Source: an uncultured Alphaproteobacteria bacterium (GTDB lineage Bacteria > Pseudomonadota > Alphaproteobacteria > Rhodobacterales > Rhodobacteraceae). Taken from it: 64,000 bases of DNA. A model generated the notes under the pieces. It made no database searches, was not told where the DNA came from, and saw nothing but the letters and a program-made list of their open reading frames with translations. Position numbers and translations under genes: made by a program. Shown in pieces: positions 11,624 through 26,378 of this stretch. Location of the stretch: contig CAVTOW010000002.1 of NCBI GenBank assembly GCA_963736565.1, positions 807,497 to 871,496 on the forward strand, written 5' to 3'. Every line of letters starts with the position of its first letter. The first letter of the stretch is position 1.

Positions 11624-11762
11624 CCGGGGCGTCCTCCGATCGCGTCTGGGATAGTTCAACGTTAAACCATCCATACAACATCGGAAAACGCTGGGGAAGA
11701 CGGTTTGATCGGCGACGCCAGTGGGGGCTTGGCGGGGCAGGGACGGCGTGGTTGGTTGGGGC

Positions 11763-13221
11763 ATGCGGCTGACCCGTCCCACCGTGATCCTGCTTGCAGG
11801 CTTCGTCCTTGCACTGGCGCTCCGCCTTGCCACACTCGACCGTCGCGAGGTGTGGATAGATGAGGCGCTGACCCAGTTCGCCCTGTCTCTCGACTGGTCC
11901 GCCCTGATCGCTGACCGGCTGGCTGCGGGACATTCGCCGTTCTACTTCCTGCTGCTCAAGGCAATCGGCTTTGACCCCGCCCATGTCCTGCCGCTGCGCG
12001 CCCTTTCTGCGCTTCTTGACGCGGCGGCCTGCACTTTGCTCGGTGCAGCCGTGCTGCGCAGCGCGGGGATACGGGCCGCACTGTTCGGAATGGTGCTCTA
12101 CGCGGCCAGCCCCGTGCTGATCGCCTGGGGGCAGAATGCGCGACCCTACGCACTGATGATGGCCTTCCTCGCCCTGGGGCTGTTCGGCGCAACTGGCCTG
12201 CTGGGCGTGGCCAACCGCCAGACCCGCGCCGATGCGATCTGCTTCGCCATCGGCCTGACCGGCGCAGCCCTGACCTTGACCGCCGGCGCCATCGCCGCCC
12301 TGATCGTCGCCGCCACGACGTTCTCGGCGACGCCAGCACACCGGCGACGACCGCTGCTGCCGACGCTCGCCGCGCCTCTCGCTGCGCTCGCGGTCATGGC
12401 TGTGATGGTGACCGCCCCTGCGGTTCACAGCCAGTCGCAAACCTATTGGACCGAGCGTGTCGCGCCATTCGGTGCTGACGCGCTGACCGCGCTGTTGCGA
12501 GGGCTCGCCCTTGGGGATCGGCTGTCGCAGCAAGAGCTTCAGCACGTCCTCGGGGTCATTCCGTGGCAAGCCGCAACGGTTTTCACCGTAGCCGCTCTTG
12601 GCCTGACGATTGCAGCCGCTGTTCCCGTGCTGCGCCGCACACCTCCGCTTCTGCCCTTCGCGGCCCTCAGCCTTCTCTACCCCTTGCTTCTGCTTGCGCT
12701 CAGCCTCGGGACAAGCCTGCTGATCCCGCGCTACTTCCTTCCCGCGCTCGGCCCCGCGCTGATGATCGCCGGGATCGGCCTCGCCGCTCTGTCCCGGCGT
12801 CGCTGGGGCAGGGTGCCTGTCGCCGCGATGGCCATGGCCTTCGCCATCCTCGCGCTGCACCACGCGCTGTCGCTTGGCCCCCGCCGCGCCGAGGCGCCGC
12901 GCGCGCTGGCGGCCATCGTCCTGTCGGACGCCCGCACCGGGAACGACGCTGCTCCGGGCGCCCGGCGACTGGGTGGGTTTCGACACGATGGCCGAGGTGC
13001 TGCCCCGCGCACTCGGGCCTTCGCCCAATCCACGGGTGATCGAGGCTGCGCCCGATGCACTCCCCGCTGTCCTTGCCGGGCCGACCTTCCTCGTGCTGCA
13101 CGAAGCCCTGTGGCGCGACCGCTATCGCACCGCACTGCCACGTCCCGATTGCCTGTGGCGATCCGGTCCGGCCGTGCTGGCCTATTGGGGCGCCCCGCGC
13201 CGGGATTGCCTCAGCGAATGA
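11763..13221 (+). CDS. GT-C fold (GT39/PMT-like) integral membrane glycosyltransferase, one frameshift near 12950
   Basis: [27 protein letters not shown] and many TM helices. Confidence 0.65.
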
Positions 13222-13507
13222 CGATCTCGTCCGCGCGGATCAGTCCCAGCACGTCGCGCGCCTGCTCGTCCAGCAGGTCGATGTCGAGAAACTCGTCCGA
13301 CAACCGCAGCGTCTTGTTCGACAGCACCGCAAGTTCCGAGGCCAGCTTGTCCCGCTCCTCGGTCAGCATCTTCGCCTCGGCGTCGATCTGGACCCGGCGA
13401 AAAACGCCATAGTCGCCCTGGACGGCGGCAAAGGTGAAATAGGACCCAAGCGTAAAGGTCGTCAGGAAATAGATCGCCGCGCCAAGCGCCGGCCGCTGCC
13501 TGCTCAT
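13211..13507 (-). CDS. ftsB: Septum formation initiator FtsB/DivIC
   Basis: AVQGDYG, coiled coil, LDIDLLDEQARDVLGL; position upstream of pdhA. Confidence 0.85.
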   Translation of the reverse strand: MSRQRPALGAAIYFLTTFTLGSYFTFAAVQGDYGVFRRVQIDAEAKMLTEERDKLASELAVLSNKTLRLSDEFLDIDLLDEQARDVLGLIRADEIVIR

Positions 13508-13654
13508 CGGTCTCGCCTCATTCAGCCGCACCTCGTTCGCCGGGTGCGATCTGTCAGAATCATGTCACATTGCCAAACGCTTGTGAATCCCAATTCGCAC
13601 GGAAAATCGGGAAGAAACGCGCCCGGAAAACGCCGGGCGCGTCGCGTGGATGCG

Positions 13655-14589
13655 TCAGCCCCGGCCCTTGTAGATCTCGACCAGTTTCGCCAGCATCGCC
13701 AGCGCTTCGGGTCGCGCTGCGCTGGAAGCTGTTGCGCCCGATGATCGACTGCCGTTGCCGCCGCCGTCGCGGATCGCGCGGGCATCGTCATAGACGGCAT
13801 CCGCTCCCTTCGCCGCACCGCCCGAGAAGACGATGATCCGCCGCCCGTTGAAGCTCGCCTGGACGCAGTGCTTCACCCGCGCGGCCAGCGTCGAGATGTC
13901 GATCTTCTGCGCCTCGTAGACCTTCTTCGCCTCGCCCTGCATCAGATGGTCGGTCGACAGCTTGATCTTGATGATATGCGCGCCCAGAAGCGCCGCGATA
14001 TGCGCGGCATAGGCCGACACGTCCATCGCCGTCTCGCCGTCCTTGGTCACCGCCTCGCCGCGCGGATAGGACCAGATCACCGTCGCCACGCCCTTGGCCG
14101 CCGCCTCGCGCCGCATCTCGACGATCTCCTCGAACATGTCGAGCGCCATGTCGAGCCCGGATAGATGGTGAACCCGATCGCCGCACATCCCAGCCGCAGC
14201 GCGTCGTCCACGCTGGCCGTCACCGCCTGGTTCTTGCCCGCCGTGTCGCGTCATCAGGCGAGTTGGCGCTGTTCACCTTCAGGATCGTCGGGATCTGCCC
14301 CGCAAAGGTATCCGCCCCCGCCTCCAGCGGCCCCAGCGGCGCGGCATAGGCGCTCAGCCCGGCGTCGATCGCCAGCTGATAGTGGTAGTGCGGGTCATAG
14401 CCCGTCGGGATTGGGCGCGAAACTGCGCGCCGGCCCGTGCTCGAAACCCTGATCGACCGGCAGGATGATCATCTTGCCGGTGCCGCCCAGCTGGCCCTCC
14501 ATCAGCATGCGGCAGAGGTTCGCCTTCACGCCGGGGGTTTCGCCCTCGTAATTGGCGAGGATCTTCTGAACTACCTTGGTCGCGCGCAT
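13655..14589 (-). CDS. fbaB: Class I fructose-bisphosphate aldolase (apparent frameshifts)
   Basis: ILPVDQGFEHGPARSF, VIWSYPRG, GAHIIKIK, VFSGGA. Confidence 0.85.
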
Positions 14590-14709
14590 GCGATACGTCC
14601 TTTCGTGACTGGTCAAATCAGGCCCCCGAGCCTGCCTCTAGAAGTCCTTTCCGCCCCGCGCAATCGTGGTGGCGCTAACACTGGCCCGATGCGCGGAAAT
14701 TCCCGCCGG

Positions 14710-15911
14710 TCAGTGCATCAGCGCCGCAACGCCGGGCAGTTCCTTGCCTTCCATCCATTCCAGGAACGCGCCCCCTGCGGTCGAGATGAAGGTGAAATCG
14801 TCCGCCGCCCCCGCCTGGTTCAGCGCCGCCACCGTGTCGCCGCCGCCCGCCACCGAGACCAGCTTGCCCGCCTTGCGTCAGCTCCGCCACCGCCCGCGCC
14901 GCGGCATTGGTGCCGCATCGAAGGGCGGTCATCTCGAACGCCCCCAGCGGCCCGTTCCAGATCAGCGTCTTGCGACGCCGCGAACACCTCGCGCCAGCTC
15001 CGCCACCGTCGCAGGCCCGGCATCCAGGATCATCGCATCCGGCGGGCAGGCGCGCACGTCCAGCACCTCGCTTGCCGCGCCCGCCTTGAACTCGCGCGCC
15101 ACCACGACGTCGACCGGCAGATGGATCGTGCAGCCCGCGGCCTTGCGCCTTGTGCCAGGATTTCCAGCGCCGTCGGCGGCCATGTCGCGCTCGGCCAGCG
15201 ACTTGCCGACCTCGATCCCCTGCGCCACAAGGAAGGTGTTCGCCATGCCGCCGCCGATCACCAGATGATCGACCTTGGTCACCAGGTTGCCCAGCAGGTC
15301 CAGCTTGGTCGAGACCTTCGCCCCGCCCACCACCGCCACCACCGGCCGCTCCGGCTTGCCGAGCGCCGCTTCCAGCGCGCGCAGTTCCGCCTCCATCAGC
15401 CGCCCCGCGCCGTGCGGCAGCAGCCGCGCCATGCCTTCGGTCGAGGCATGGGCCCGGTGCGCCGCCGAGAAGGCGTCGTTGAGTAGACATCGCCCAAGTG
15501 CCGCCATCGCCGGCGGCCAGCTCCGGGTCGTTCTTTTCCTCGCCCGGCATGAAAGCGGGTGTTCTCCAGCAGCACCACGTCGCCCGGCCGCATCGCCGCC
15601 ATCGCCGCCGTCGCCGGTCGCGCCGATGCAATCCTCGGCGAAGACCACCTTGCGCCCGCAGCGCCGCCTCCAGCGCGGGCAGGACATGCGCGCAGGCTCA
15701 TCTCCGGCACGACCTTGCCCTTGGGCCGGCCGAAATGCGCCAGCAGCACCAGCTTGCCGCCCTTGGCGAGGATGTCCTCCACCGTCGGCACGATCTTTTC
15801 GATCCGCGTCGCGTCGGTCACCCGGCCGCCTTCCATCGGCACGTTGATGTCGACCCGCATCAGCACCACCTTGCCGTCCAGGTCCATGTCGTCGAGCGTC
15901 TTCCAGGCCAT
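14710..15911 (-). CDS. pgk: Phosphoglycerate kinase (apparent frameshifts)
   Basis: [37 protein letters not shown]. Confidence 0.92.
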
Positions 15912-16052
15912 CGCGTCTCTCCCGTTCGCGTTTGCCCGCTGTTGCCCCCATCGTCACGCGCCGCGTCAACCGATCACGGCTCTTTGCCCTTTCCCTTCGG
16001 CCGCCCGCCGCCATTACGGTTGCGCGCCGAACCAAACGAAGGAGACCCCGGC

Positions 16053-17158
<1,106 letters not shown>

Positions 17159-17211
17159 CCGCTACGCCGGCACCGCGCGCTCCGTAACCCGGGGCGCCGG
17201 CAAATCGTAGT

Positions 17212-17275
17212 ATGAAAGTCATATGATTTTCATCTCGCAAATATCCCGGGGGTCCGGGCGGTCAGGCGCCCCCGA
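17212..17275. repeat. 22-bp near-perfect palindrome abutting a REP-like intergenic element
   Basis: ATGAAAGTCATATGATTTTCAT followed by AAATATCCCGGGGGTCCGGG...GCCCCCG between convergent genes. Confidence 0.45.
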
Positions 17276-17296
17276 GCTGCCTTGGCAATCCCGGCC

Positions 17297-18553
17297 TCAG
17301 CCCATGCACCAGCGCGTGCCGCTTCTTCCCGGCGGTCAGCTTCACCGGCTCGACCAGCTCGCCCGCGCCCGAGCATCAGGCCGGCATCCAGCACGATCTC
17401 GTCGTTCAGCCGCGCCCCACCTTCGGCGATCAGCCGCTTGGCGTCCTTGCCGGATTTCGCCAGCCCGGCCCGCACGAACAGCTGCGCGATCGCGATGCCA
17501 TCGGCCACATCCGCCGGCGTCCAGCGCCAGCGTCGGCAGGTCGTCGCCCGACGCCGCCCTTCTCGAACACCTCGCGCGCCGTGGCTTCGGCCGCCGCCGC
17601 CGCCTCGGCCCCGTGCAGCAGCGTCGTCACCTCATTGGCCAGCACGATCTTGGCCGCGTTGATCTCGGACCCCGCCAGCGCGCCCAGCCGGTCGCATTCT
17701 TCGACCGGCAGTTCGGTGTAGAGCTTCAGGAACCGGCCCACATCGGCATCGGTCGTGTTGCGCCAGAACTGCCAGAACTCGTAGGGCGACAGCATGTCGC
17801 GCGTTCAGCCAGACCGCGCCCGCCCTGCGACTTGCCCATCTTGCGGCCGTCGCTGGTGGTCAGCAGCGGCGAGGTCAGCCCGAAGATCTCGCGCGTCCAG
17901 CACCCGGCGGGTCAGGTCGATGCCGTTGACGATGTTGCCCCACTGGTCCGATCCGCCCATCTGCAACAGGCAGCCGTAGCGGCGGTTCAGCTCAAGGAAA
18001 TCATAGGCCTGCAGGATCATGTAGTTGAATTCGAGGAAGCGACAGCGACTGCTCGCGGTCCAGCCGCGACTTCACGCTTTCGAACGACAGCATCCGGTTG
18101 ACGTGAAATGCCGCCCGATGTCGCGCAGGAAATCGAGGTAGTTCAGCTCGTCCAGCCATTCGGCGTTGTTCAGCATCAGCGCATCGGTCGGCCCGTCGCC
18201 GAAGGTCAGATAGCGGCGCGAACACCCGCTTGATCCCGGCGATGTTGGCGTCGATCTGCGCGGGCGTCAGCAGCGGCCGCTCCTCGGCGCGGAACGACGG
18301 ATCGCCGACCTTGGTCGTGCCGCCGCCCATCAGCATGATCGGCTTGCCGCCGGTCTTCTGCAGCCAGCGCAGCATCATGATTTGGATCAGGTGCCCGACA
18401 TGCAGCGAGGTCGCCGTGGCATCAAAGCCGATGTAGGCCGGCACCACGCCCTTGACCAAAGCCTCGTCCAGCGCCCTGATAATCGGTGCAGTCGGCCAGG
18501 AAGCCGCGCGTCATCATCACGTGCATGAAGTCGGATTTCGGATGGTAGGTCAT
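17297..18553 (-). CDS. tyrS: Tyrosyl-tRNA synthetase (apparent frameshifts)
   Basis: [32 protein letters not shown]-terminal S4 domain. Confidence 0.93.
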
Positions 18554-18613
18554 CGGCCGCTCGTGCTTACATGGCAGGCGGATATACCGGCGCCGGGGGG
18601 CAAGGGGAAGGGC

Positions 18614-19736
18614 ATGTTGAAATCGGGTCCGATCTGGGCGCTTGGCGCGATGTCGGGCACCTCGCTCGACGGGGTCGATGCCGCGATGATCCTGACCGAC
18701 GGCGAGCGCGATCCTCGAATTCGGCGCCACGGCCTACCGCCCCTATACCGCCGGCCGAACGCGAGCGATCCTGCGCGCGGCCCTCGGCCTCTGGCCCGGC
18801 GATCCGGGGGTCGCGGCCGCGGCCGAGGTGGTCGAAACCGCCCATGCCGAGCTGCTGTCCGCTTTCCGGGCGCCGAGATCGTCGGGCTTTCACGGCCAGA
18901 CGCTGGCGCATGACCCGCGCGGGCGCGGCACGCATCAGGCCGGCGACGGGCGCGATCCTGGCCGAGGTTCTGGGCCTGCCGGTGGTCTGGGATTTCCGCA
19001 CGCGCCGATGTGCACGATGGGCGGGCAGGGCGCGCCGCTCGCGCCGTTCTTCCACTTCGCCTGCGCGCGCCGGATCGGGCGCGACCGAGCCGCTGGCCTT
19101 CCTGAACCTCGGCGGCGTCGGCAACCTGACCTGGGTCGATCCGCCGCCAGCCGGCGCCCGAGAGCACCCGGCGCGCTTGCCTGGCCTTCGACACCGGCCC
19201 GGCCAATGCGCCGGTCAACGACCTGATGCGCGCCCGCCTGGGCCTGCGCAGGACGAAGGCGGCGCGCTGGCCGCCGCGGGCACGCGTGGACGAGGCGATT
19301 CTGGACGCAGTTCCTCGCAGCACCCCTACTTCTTCAAGATGCCGCCCAAGTCACTGGACCGGAACGACTTTCACGGCCTTGCTCGATGCGGTCGCGCACC
19401 TTGTCCGACGCCGATGCCGCCGCCACCCTGACCGCCGCCGCCGCCGCTGCCGTGGCGCGCGGGGCCGAGCATTTTCCCACGCCCGGTCACCCGCCTGCTG
19501 GTCACCGGCGGCGGGCGGCACAACGCCACGCTGATGGCAGATGCTGCGCCCGCCATGTCGCGCCTGACGTTCAGCCGGTCGAGGCGGCGGGCCTGAACGG
19601 CGACATGCTGGAAGCGCAGGCCTTCGCCTTCCTCGCCGTGCGGGTGGCGCGCGGCCTGCCGACCTCCGGCCCCGGCGACCACCGGCGTCGCCGGCGCTGG
19701 TCGGCGGCGGGCAGATCAGCCGGCCGGCGAACCTGA
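18614..19736 (+). CDS. anmK: Anhydro-N-acetylmuramic acid kinase (apparent frameshifts)
   Basis: [43 protein letters not shown]; divergent from tyrS. Confidence 0.9.
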
Positions 19737-19741
19737 CGGGC

Positions 19742-20651
19742 CTAGCTGCCGCGCCTGCCGCACCATCGACCAGGTATAGATCGCCAGCGCCGCCCAGATC
19801 ATCGGGAAGGCGATCATCCTGCGCCGGGCCGAACGGCTCGCCGAACACGAAGACCGCCGTCAGGAAGATCATCGTCGGCGCGATGTACTGCATGATGCGC
19901 GATGGTCGACAGCCGCAGCAGCTTGGCCCCGTTGGCATAGATCATCAGCGGCACCGCCGTGACCAGCCCGCAGCCCAGCAACAGCACATGTATCGGCCGA
20001 CGTCCCTGCAAGGAAATGGCTGTCGCCGCTGCGCCTGCAGCCAGACCACATAGCCCAGCGCAGGGACGAACAGCATCAGCACCTCCAGGAAGAAGCCCTC
20101 GTTCGGCCCGATCGGCAGCGATTTCTTGAGGTAGGCATAGACCCCCCAGGTCAGCGTCAGCCCCAGCGCCACGACCGGCAGTCGTCCCGCCTCGACCGGT
20201 CAGGATCACCACCGCCAGCGCGGCCAGCGCCGATCGCCAGCCATCTGCGCGCCGCTCAGCCTCTCGCCCAGCAGCACCGCGCCCAGAAAGATCGCTGAAC
20301 AGCGGGTTGATGTAATACCCCAGGGCCGCATCCAGCGCATGTCCCGACCCGATCGACCAGACATAGATGCCCCAGTTGACCGAGATCAGCGCCGCCGTCA
20401 CCGCGCCCATCGCCAGCATCCGGGGCGAGCGCAGCGCCGCGCGCAGATCCGCCGTGCCGCCCCAGCGACCAGCAGCACCGCCCCGCGATCGGAATCGACC
20501 AGATCACCCGGTGCGCGATCACCTCGGCGGGCGAGATATGCGCCATCGCCTTCATGTAAAGCGGCAGGAACCCCCACAGGAGATAGGCCGTCAGCGCAAA
20601 GCCGAAGCCGCGAAGGGTATCCTCATTCTTTGGTATCGAGATGTCGGCCAT
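19742..20651 (-). CDS. rarD: RarD-family EamA transporter (apparent frameshifts)
   Basis: AYLLWGFLPLY, EVIAHRVIWS, ALGYYINPL, MQYIAPT. Confidence 0.85.
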
Positions 20652-20736
20652 GATCCGTCCTGTCGCGGTCGTCTAACCCAGTCGCAGGCCGGCGGCCAAT
20701 TCATTCTCGTTGGGGCCTGCGCAACGAAGTGGAATG

Positions 20737-21634
20737 TCAGCCGACGCGGCGGGCCAGATACTCGCGGGTGAAGGCAGCGTAACCGTCTGCCGTTACACGC
20801 AGTTCTTCGCGGATATGGTCATGCAGGTCCGGGCAGCCGATGGAACGGCACCTGCGGGTAGACGTGATGCTCGACATGATACGGCATGTTCCAGGCCAGG
20901 AACCGCATCACTGCAGTCGTGAACGTCGTGCGCGTGTTCTCGAACATGTTCGCCACGCGCGGACAGTCGCCATGCTCGGCCAGGAGATAGAGACGAAGCG
21001 CGGGTTGCCCCAGCACCACCGGCATCAGCCAGACCCAGAACAGCAAGGGTGAGACGAAAAGCGAAAGCAGAACAAGAGCATAGAGCAGCAGCATGACCCT
21101 TGCTTCCTGTTCCATGCGGGGAAGGGCGCCTTCGGGCAGGTACGATGCCCGCTCCCGCCCGCGCGCCAGGCGCAGCGTAAGCCTTGCCCCGCTGATCCAG
21201 TAGGGCAGCCCCGAAACATGCCAAAGCCAGGCGCTCAGCGTCTCTGGTTTCCCGCCGTCCAGTTCGGGATCCTTCCCTTCGATGTTCGTCCAGCGGTGAT
21301 GGGCGAGGTGAAAGTAGCGGAACCATTCGAAGGGCAGCAGCAAGAGAAACCCGCAGGCACGTCCGACCCAGTCGTTCAGGCGCTCGGTCGCGAAAGGCGT
21401 CTTGTGGGTCGCCTCGTGCTCGAGGGTGAACAGGAAAACGATCAGCACACCCTGCACCGGCAGCAGCAGCGGCCACCCCGGCACCCGCATGGCGATAAGA
21501 ACACCGCAGAACAGGATCGCCCCCGCGTGCCCTGCCAGATGCCAGAGGCCCGCCGCATCGGACCGCGCCGTCAGCGCAGCCTTGAGCGTCGGGTCCAGCC
21601 TAGCCAGGAATGTCTTGTGGTCCATGCCTGTCAT
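20737..21634 (-). CDS. Membrane fatty-acid desaturase family (one frameshift near 20828)
   Basis: His boxes HEATH, HLAHH, HVEHH; C-terminus continues as LHDHIREELRVTADGY to a stop at 20737. Confidence 0.8.
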
Positions 21635-21717
21635 CTAGCACGCAGCGATGTCTCGCGCATCTGTCGCGACACATTCCAGGCAGCTTCGCGCCGCCTGCCT
21701 GCGAAACACGAAAATTG

Positions 21718-22195
21718 CTACCGAAACAGGGATTTGCCCAACTTTCCACCACCAACCGACGACGTGGTCGTTAAGTCGGGAATGTCAAAGCCGGGCGGCG
21801 CAAGGTCAAACCCGTCGAACGTGAACCCCGGGCTTACCGTGCATCCGACAAGCACCCAGTCACCAAGCGGCCTTGCCGCCTGCCACCATCCTGCCGGAAC
21901 CACCGCCTGCGGTCGATCCCCGGCCAGCACATCCGGCCCCAGACGCAACGTCTCGACAGGGCCGGCGTCGCTCGCCGAAATTGACAGCAGAAGCCCTGCG
22001 CCCGCATGGAAATGCCAGATTTCGTCAGCATCAACGCGGTGCCAATGGCTGCGCTCGCCTGCACGCAAGCAGGAACAGGATTGCGGTTCCCGTGGGCCGC
22101 CCGTCGCCCGCCGCCACCCAGGTCTGCCGATACCAGCCGCCTTCGGGATGGGGCGCGAGGCCGAGCGCGGCGATGATGCGGTCGGCCTCGGTCAT
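21718..22195 (-). CDS. Cupin DUF985-like protein (one frameshift)
   Basis: LGLAPHPEGGWYRQT, SHWHRVDADEIWHFH, VGCTVSPGF. Confidence 0.8.
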
Positions 22196-22197
22196 CG

Positions 22198-23522
<1,325 letters not shown>

Positions 23523-24418
23523 TTACCCTGCGGCGGGCGCGCTGGCTAGGGTTCGCCGCGCCTGAGCGCGTTCCCGCAGCACGGTATAGATCCCCGAGGC
23601 GATGATGAGCGCCGCGCCACCCAGGGTCCAGCCATCCGGTGTTTCATTGAAGACGACGATCCCGATGACCAGCGCGAAGATCAGTCGGCTGTAGCGGAAC
23701 GGCGAGATGACCGAGACGTCGCCCGCCCGCGTCGCCTCGATGATCATCCAGTAGGCACCGATGCCGATGCCGAGAGCGGCGCCTATCTGGACCAGGGCAA
23801 GCGGAGGCGGCGCGACATCGTCATCCTGCAACGCGAAGCAGGCCAAGCCCAGGAGGGTGACAGTCGCAAATCCCCAGGTCGCCACCACGAGGGTCGGCAG
23901 ACCCTTTGGCATCCGCCGTGTGACAAGGTCGCGCCCGGCCAGCCCGATCACCCCGAGAACCGCCCACAAGGCATTGGGATCGAAGCTTTCTCCGGTCGGC
24001 CGCAGGATCATCAGCATGCCCGCAAAACCGGCAAGCACCGCGCTCCAGCGCCGCCAGCCCGACGCGTTCGCCCAGAAACAGCGCCGCTCCGGCGGTGACG
24101 ACGAGCGGCGCTGCCTGAAGGATCGCAGAGGCCGTCGAGATCGGGATCAGCGAAAGCGCCGTCACGATGCCCAGGGTGCCAACCATTTCGCGAGGCGTTC
24201 CGCCACACCAGCGCCCTGTCCAGCGCGAGGGGCGTGAAGATCCTGTGACCCTGGAGCGTCGCGAAAAACGCGAAGGCGGCGGTGCCGCCCACCCCGATCA
24301 GCGCCAGGATCTGGCCGATGGGCACGCTGACCGAGGCCAGCTTTATCAGGGCATCCTCGCAGGCAAAGGCCGCCATGGCGGCGCACATCAGCAGGATACC
24401 GCGAAGATTGGCCGACAT
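23523..24418 (-). CDS. DMT/EamA family transporter (apparent frameshifts)
   Basis: Ten-TM pattern, ISPFRYSRL. Confidence 0.75.
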
Positions 24419-24422
24419 TCCG

Positions 24423-24836
24423 TCAGCCCTTCTTGGACGGCACGCCGTAAAGCTCGAGCCTGTGACCGATCAGCTTGTAACCGAGGCGTTCCGCGATCCG
24501 TGTCTGAAGCGCTTCGATTTCGGGATCGACGAATTCGACGACCTCGCCAGAGTTCATGTCGATCAGGTGGTCGTGATGATCGCGCTCGGCATCCTCGTAG
24601 CGCGCGCGCCCGTCGCCGAATTCCAGCCGGTCGAGGATGCCCGCCTCCTCGAACAACTTGACCGTCCGATAGACCGTCGCAATCGAGATCTTGGGGTCGA
24701 TCCGGCTTGCGCGGTTGTACAACTCCTCGACATCCGGGTGGTCCTCGGCCGCCTGTATGACGCGGGCGACGATGCGGCGCTGGTCGGTCATGCGCAGGCC
24801 CTTGGCCTCGCACCGCGCGATGATGCTGTCTCTCAT
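24423..24836 (-). CDS. fur: Fur-family regulator (Fur/Mur)
   Basis: GLRMTDQR, DHPDVEELY, ATVYRT, HHDHLID. Confidence 0.85.
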   Translation of the reverse strand: MRDSIIARCEAKGLRMTDQRRIVARVIQAAEDHPDVEELYNRASRIDPKISIATVYRTVKLFEEAGILDRLEFGDGRARYEDAERDHHDHLIDMNSGEVVEFVDPEIEALQTRIAERLGYKLIGHRLELYGVPSKKG

Positions 24837-24972
24837 GGCTGTCTCCGCGCGGGAACAGGGGTCGGCGCAGGCTTTATGACATCCGCCCGGGCATCGCCAG
24901 CGGTTTTGGCGCGCGGGTTGACAGCGCCTTGGGCGCGAACGACGGTTCGTGCGGAAACCGACAGGGGATGCC

Positions 24973-25878
24973 ATGCCGCGCAAGGACAGGATGGACGCGG
25001 CGGGAGCGGCGGGGCTGGTGGCGTTCGCTCTTCTGCTGGCGCTGAACCAGGTCATCATCAAGCTGGTGAACGAAGGGTTCCAGCCGGTATTCTTCGCGGG
25101 CCTTCGTTCCGCGCTCTCGGTCCTGTGCATCTATGCCTGGTTGCGCTGGCGCGGCATTCCGGTTCGAACCGCGCCCGGGTCGCTCGGTGCGGGGCTGCTG
25201 ATCGGGCTGATCTTCTCGGCCGAGTTCCTGTTTCTCTTCCTCGCCCTCGACCTGACAACGGTCGTGCGGACGTCGATCATCTTCTACTCCATGCCGGTCT
25301 GGCTTGCCCTGATGGCCCATGTCGGGCTGCCGGGCGAACGTATCACGACGGCAAAGGCCATCGGGCTGACCATGGCCTTTGCCGGGACGGCCTGGGCGAT
25401 TCTCGATCAGGGCAGTTCCGGCGGCGAGGCGAGCCTCTTGGGCGATCTTTGTGCGCTGGCTGCCGCGTTCGGCTGGGCTGGCACCGCCTTCATGGCGCGC
25501 GGATCGGCGATGGTGCGTGAACGTCCCGAGATGCAACTGTTCTGGATGGTCGCCGTTTCCGGTGTCGTGCTGCTGGCCGTGTCACCGATGTTCGGCCCGC
25601 TGATCCGCGATTTGACCGCCATGGCATCTGGCGGGGCTGGCATTTCAGGTCGTCGTCGTCGTCTCGGCAGGCTTCATCTTCTGGCTCTGGCTGCTTTCGA
25701 TCTATCCGGCGGCATCAGTCGCGAGCTTTTCGTTCCTGACGCCGATCTTCGGTCTGACACTGGATGGCTTGTCCTGGGCGAGCCGATCGGGCCGGGGATT
25801 CTCGGCGCGGCAGCGCTGGTGGCGGCGGGAATCGTCCTGATCAACCGGAAACCTGCCGCAAGGGAAAGCAGAAGCTGA
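24973..25878 (+). CDS. DMT/EamA family transporter (compensating frameshifts about 25620-25760)
   Basis: Hydrophobic TM repeats, IFYSMPVW, LPGERI, LGEPIG. Confidence 0.75.
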   Translation: MPRKDRMDAAGAAGLVAFALLLALNQVIIKLVNEGFQPVFFAGLRSALSVLCIYAWLRWRGIPVRTAPGSLGAGLLIGLIFSAEFLFLFLALDLTTVVRTSIIFYSMPVWLALMAHVGLPGERITTAKAIGLTMAFAGTAWAILDQGSSGGEASLLGDLCALAAAFGWAGTAFMARGSAMVRERPEMQLFWMVAVSGVVLLAVSPMFGPLIRDLTAMASGGAGISGRRRRLGRLHLLALAAFDLSGGISRELFVPDADLRSDTGWLVLGEPIGPGILGAAALVAAGIVLINRKPAARESRS

Positions 25879-26112
25879 GTCGACCGCGCTGCGGTGCCGA
25901 TGGCGGAGTGTCAGAGGGCAAGACGAGCGAAGCTCGCCCATGGTTCACATTGCAATTCATCTCCGCCCTCAGCGCCATGGCCCAAGTGTTCGTTGTGCTT
26001 GGGGTAATCGCGCCAACCGCTCGACCATGCGGCAAAGCAGCTCAGCGCGAGCGAAAGCCTCGGCGTGAATCAGGTCGAGATCTACCACCTGTGGCATTGA
26101 TGCACGGTCAAG

Positions 26113-26209
26113 ACCAAAGATGTTGTGGTCCGACAAATTTCGTCGTTGCGAGCGCAGTGCAAATACGACAATTTGACGAAGCAGCCGGGCGACCCACTAG
26201 ATGTAGTGC
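26113..26209 (+). promoter_or_regulatory. Two NrdR boxes upstream of nrdJ
   Basis: ACCAAAGATGTTGTGG (26113-26128) and CCACTAGATGTAGTGC (26194-26209) match acaCwAtATaTwGtgt. Confidence 0.75.
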
Positions 26210-26378
26210 CCACTGGCCGAGACGGAAGATCACCGCAAAAGGCGCCTGTGCAAGGCGCGAAAGCCGTGACTGCAGCTGCAGTCAAGGCACGGTCCTCTTG
26301 TGTCCTCTCGCCACAGGCTGCGCGGGTTTTGGTCGACGGACGGGGCAGCAAGCCTTGCCGGAACAGGAGACGGGGCAG

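Noticed and set aside
10953-13028. 691-aa minus-strand ORF and similar long antisense ORFs (e.g. 2329-3918, 30287-31252)
   Set aside because: Shadow frames of real genes in high-GC DNA, partly joined to frameshifted pdhA; low-complexity Arg/Gly/Ala content
25880-26378. Cobalamin riboswitch or small ORF before nrdJ
   Set aside because: No B12-box recognised; the NrdR boxes explain the conserved motifs
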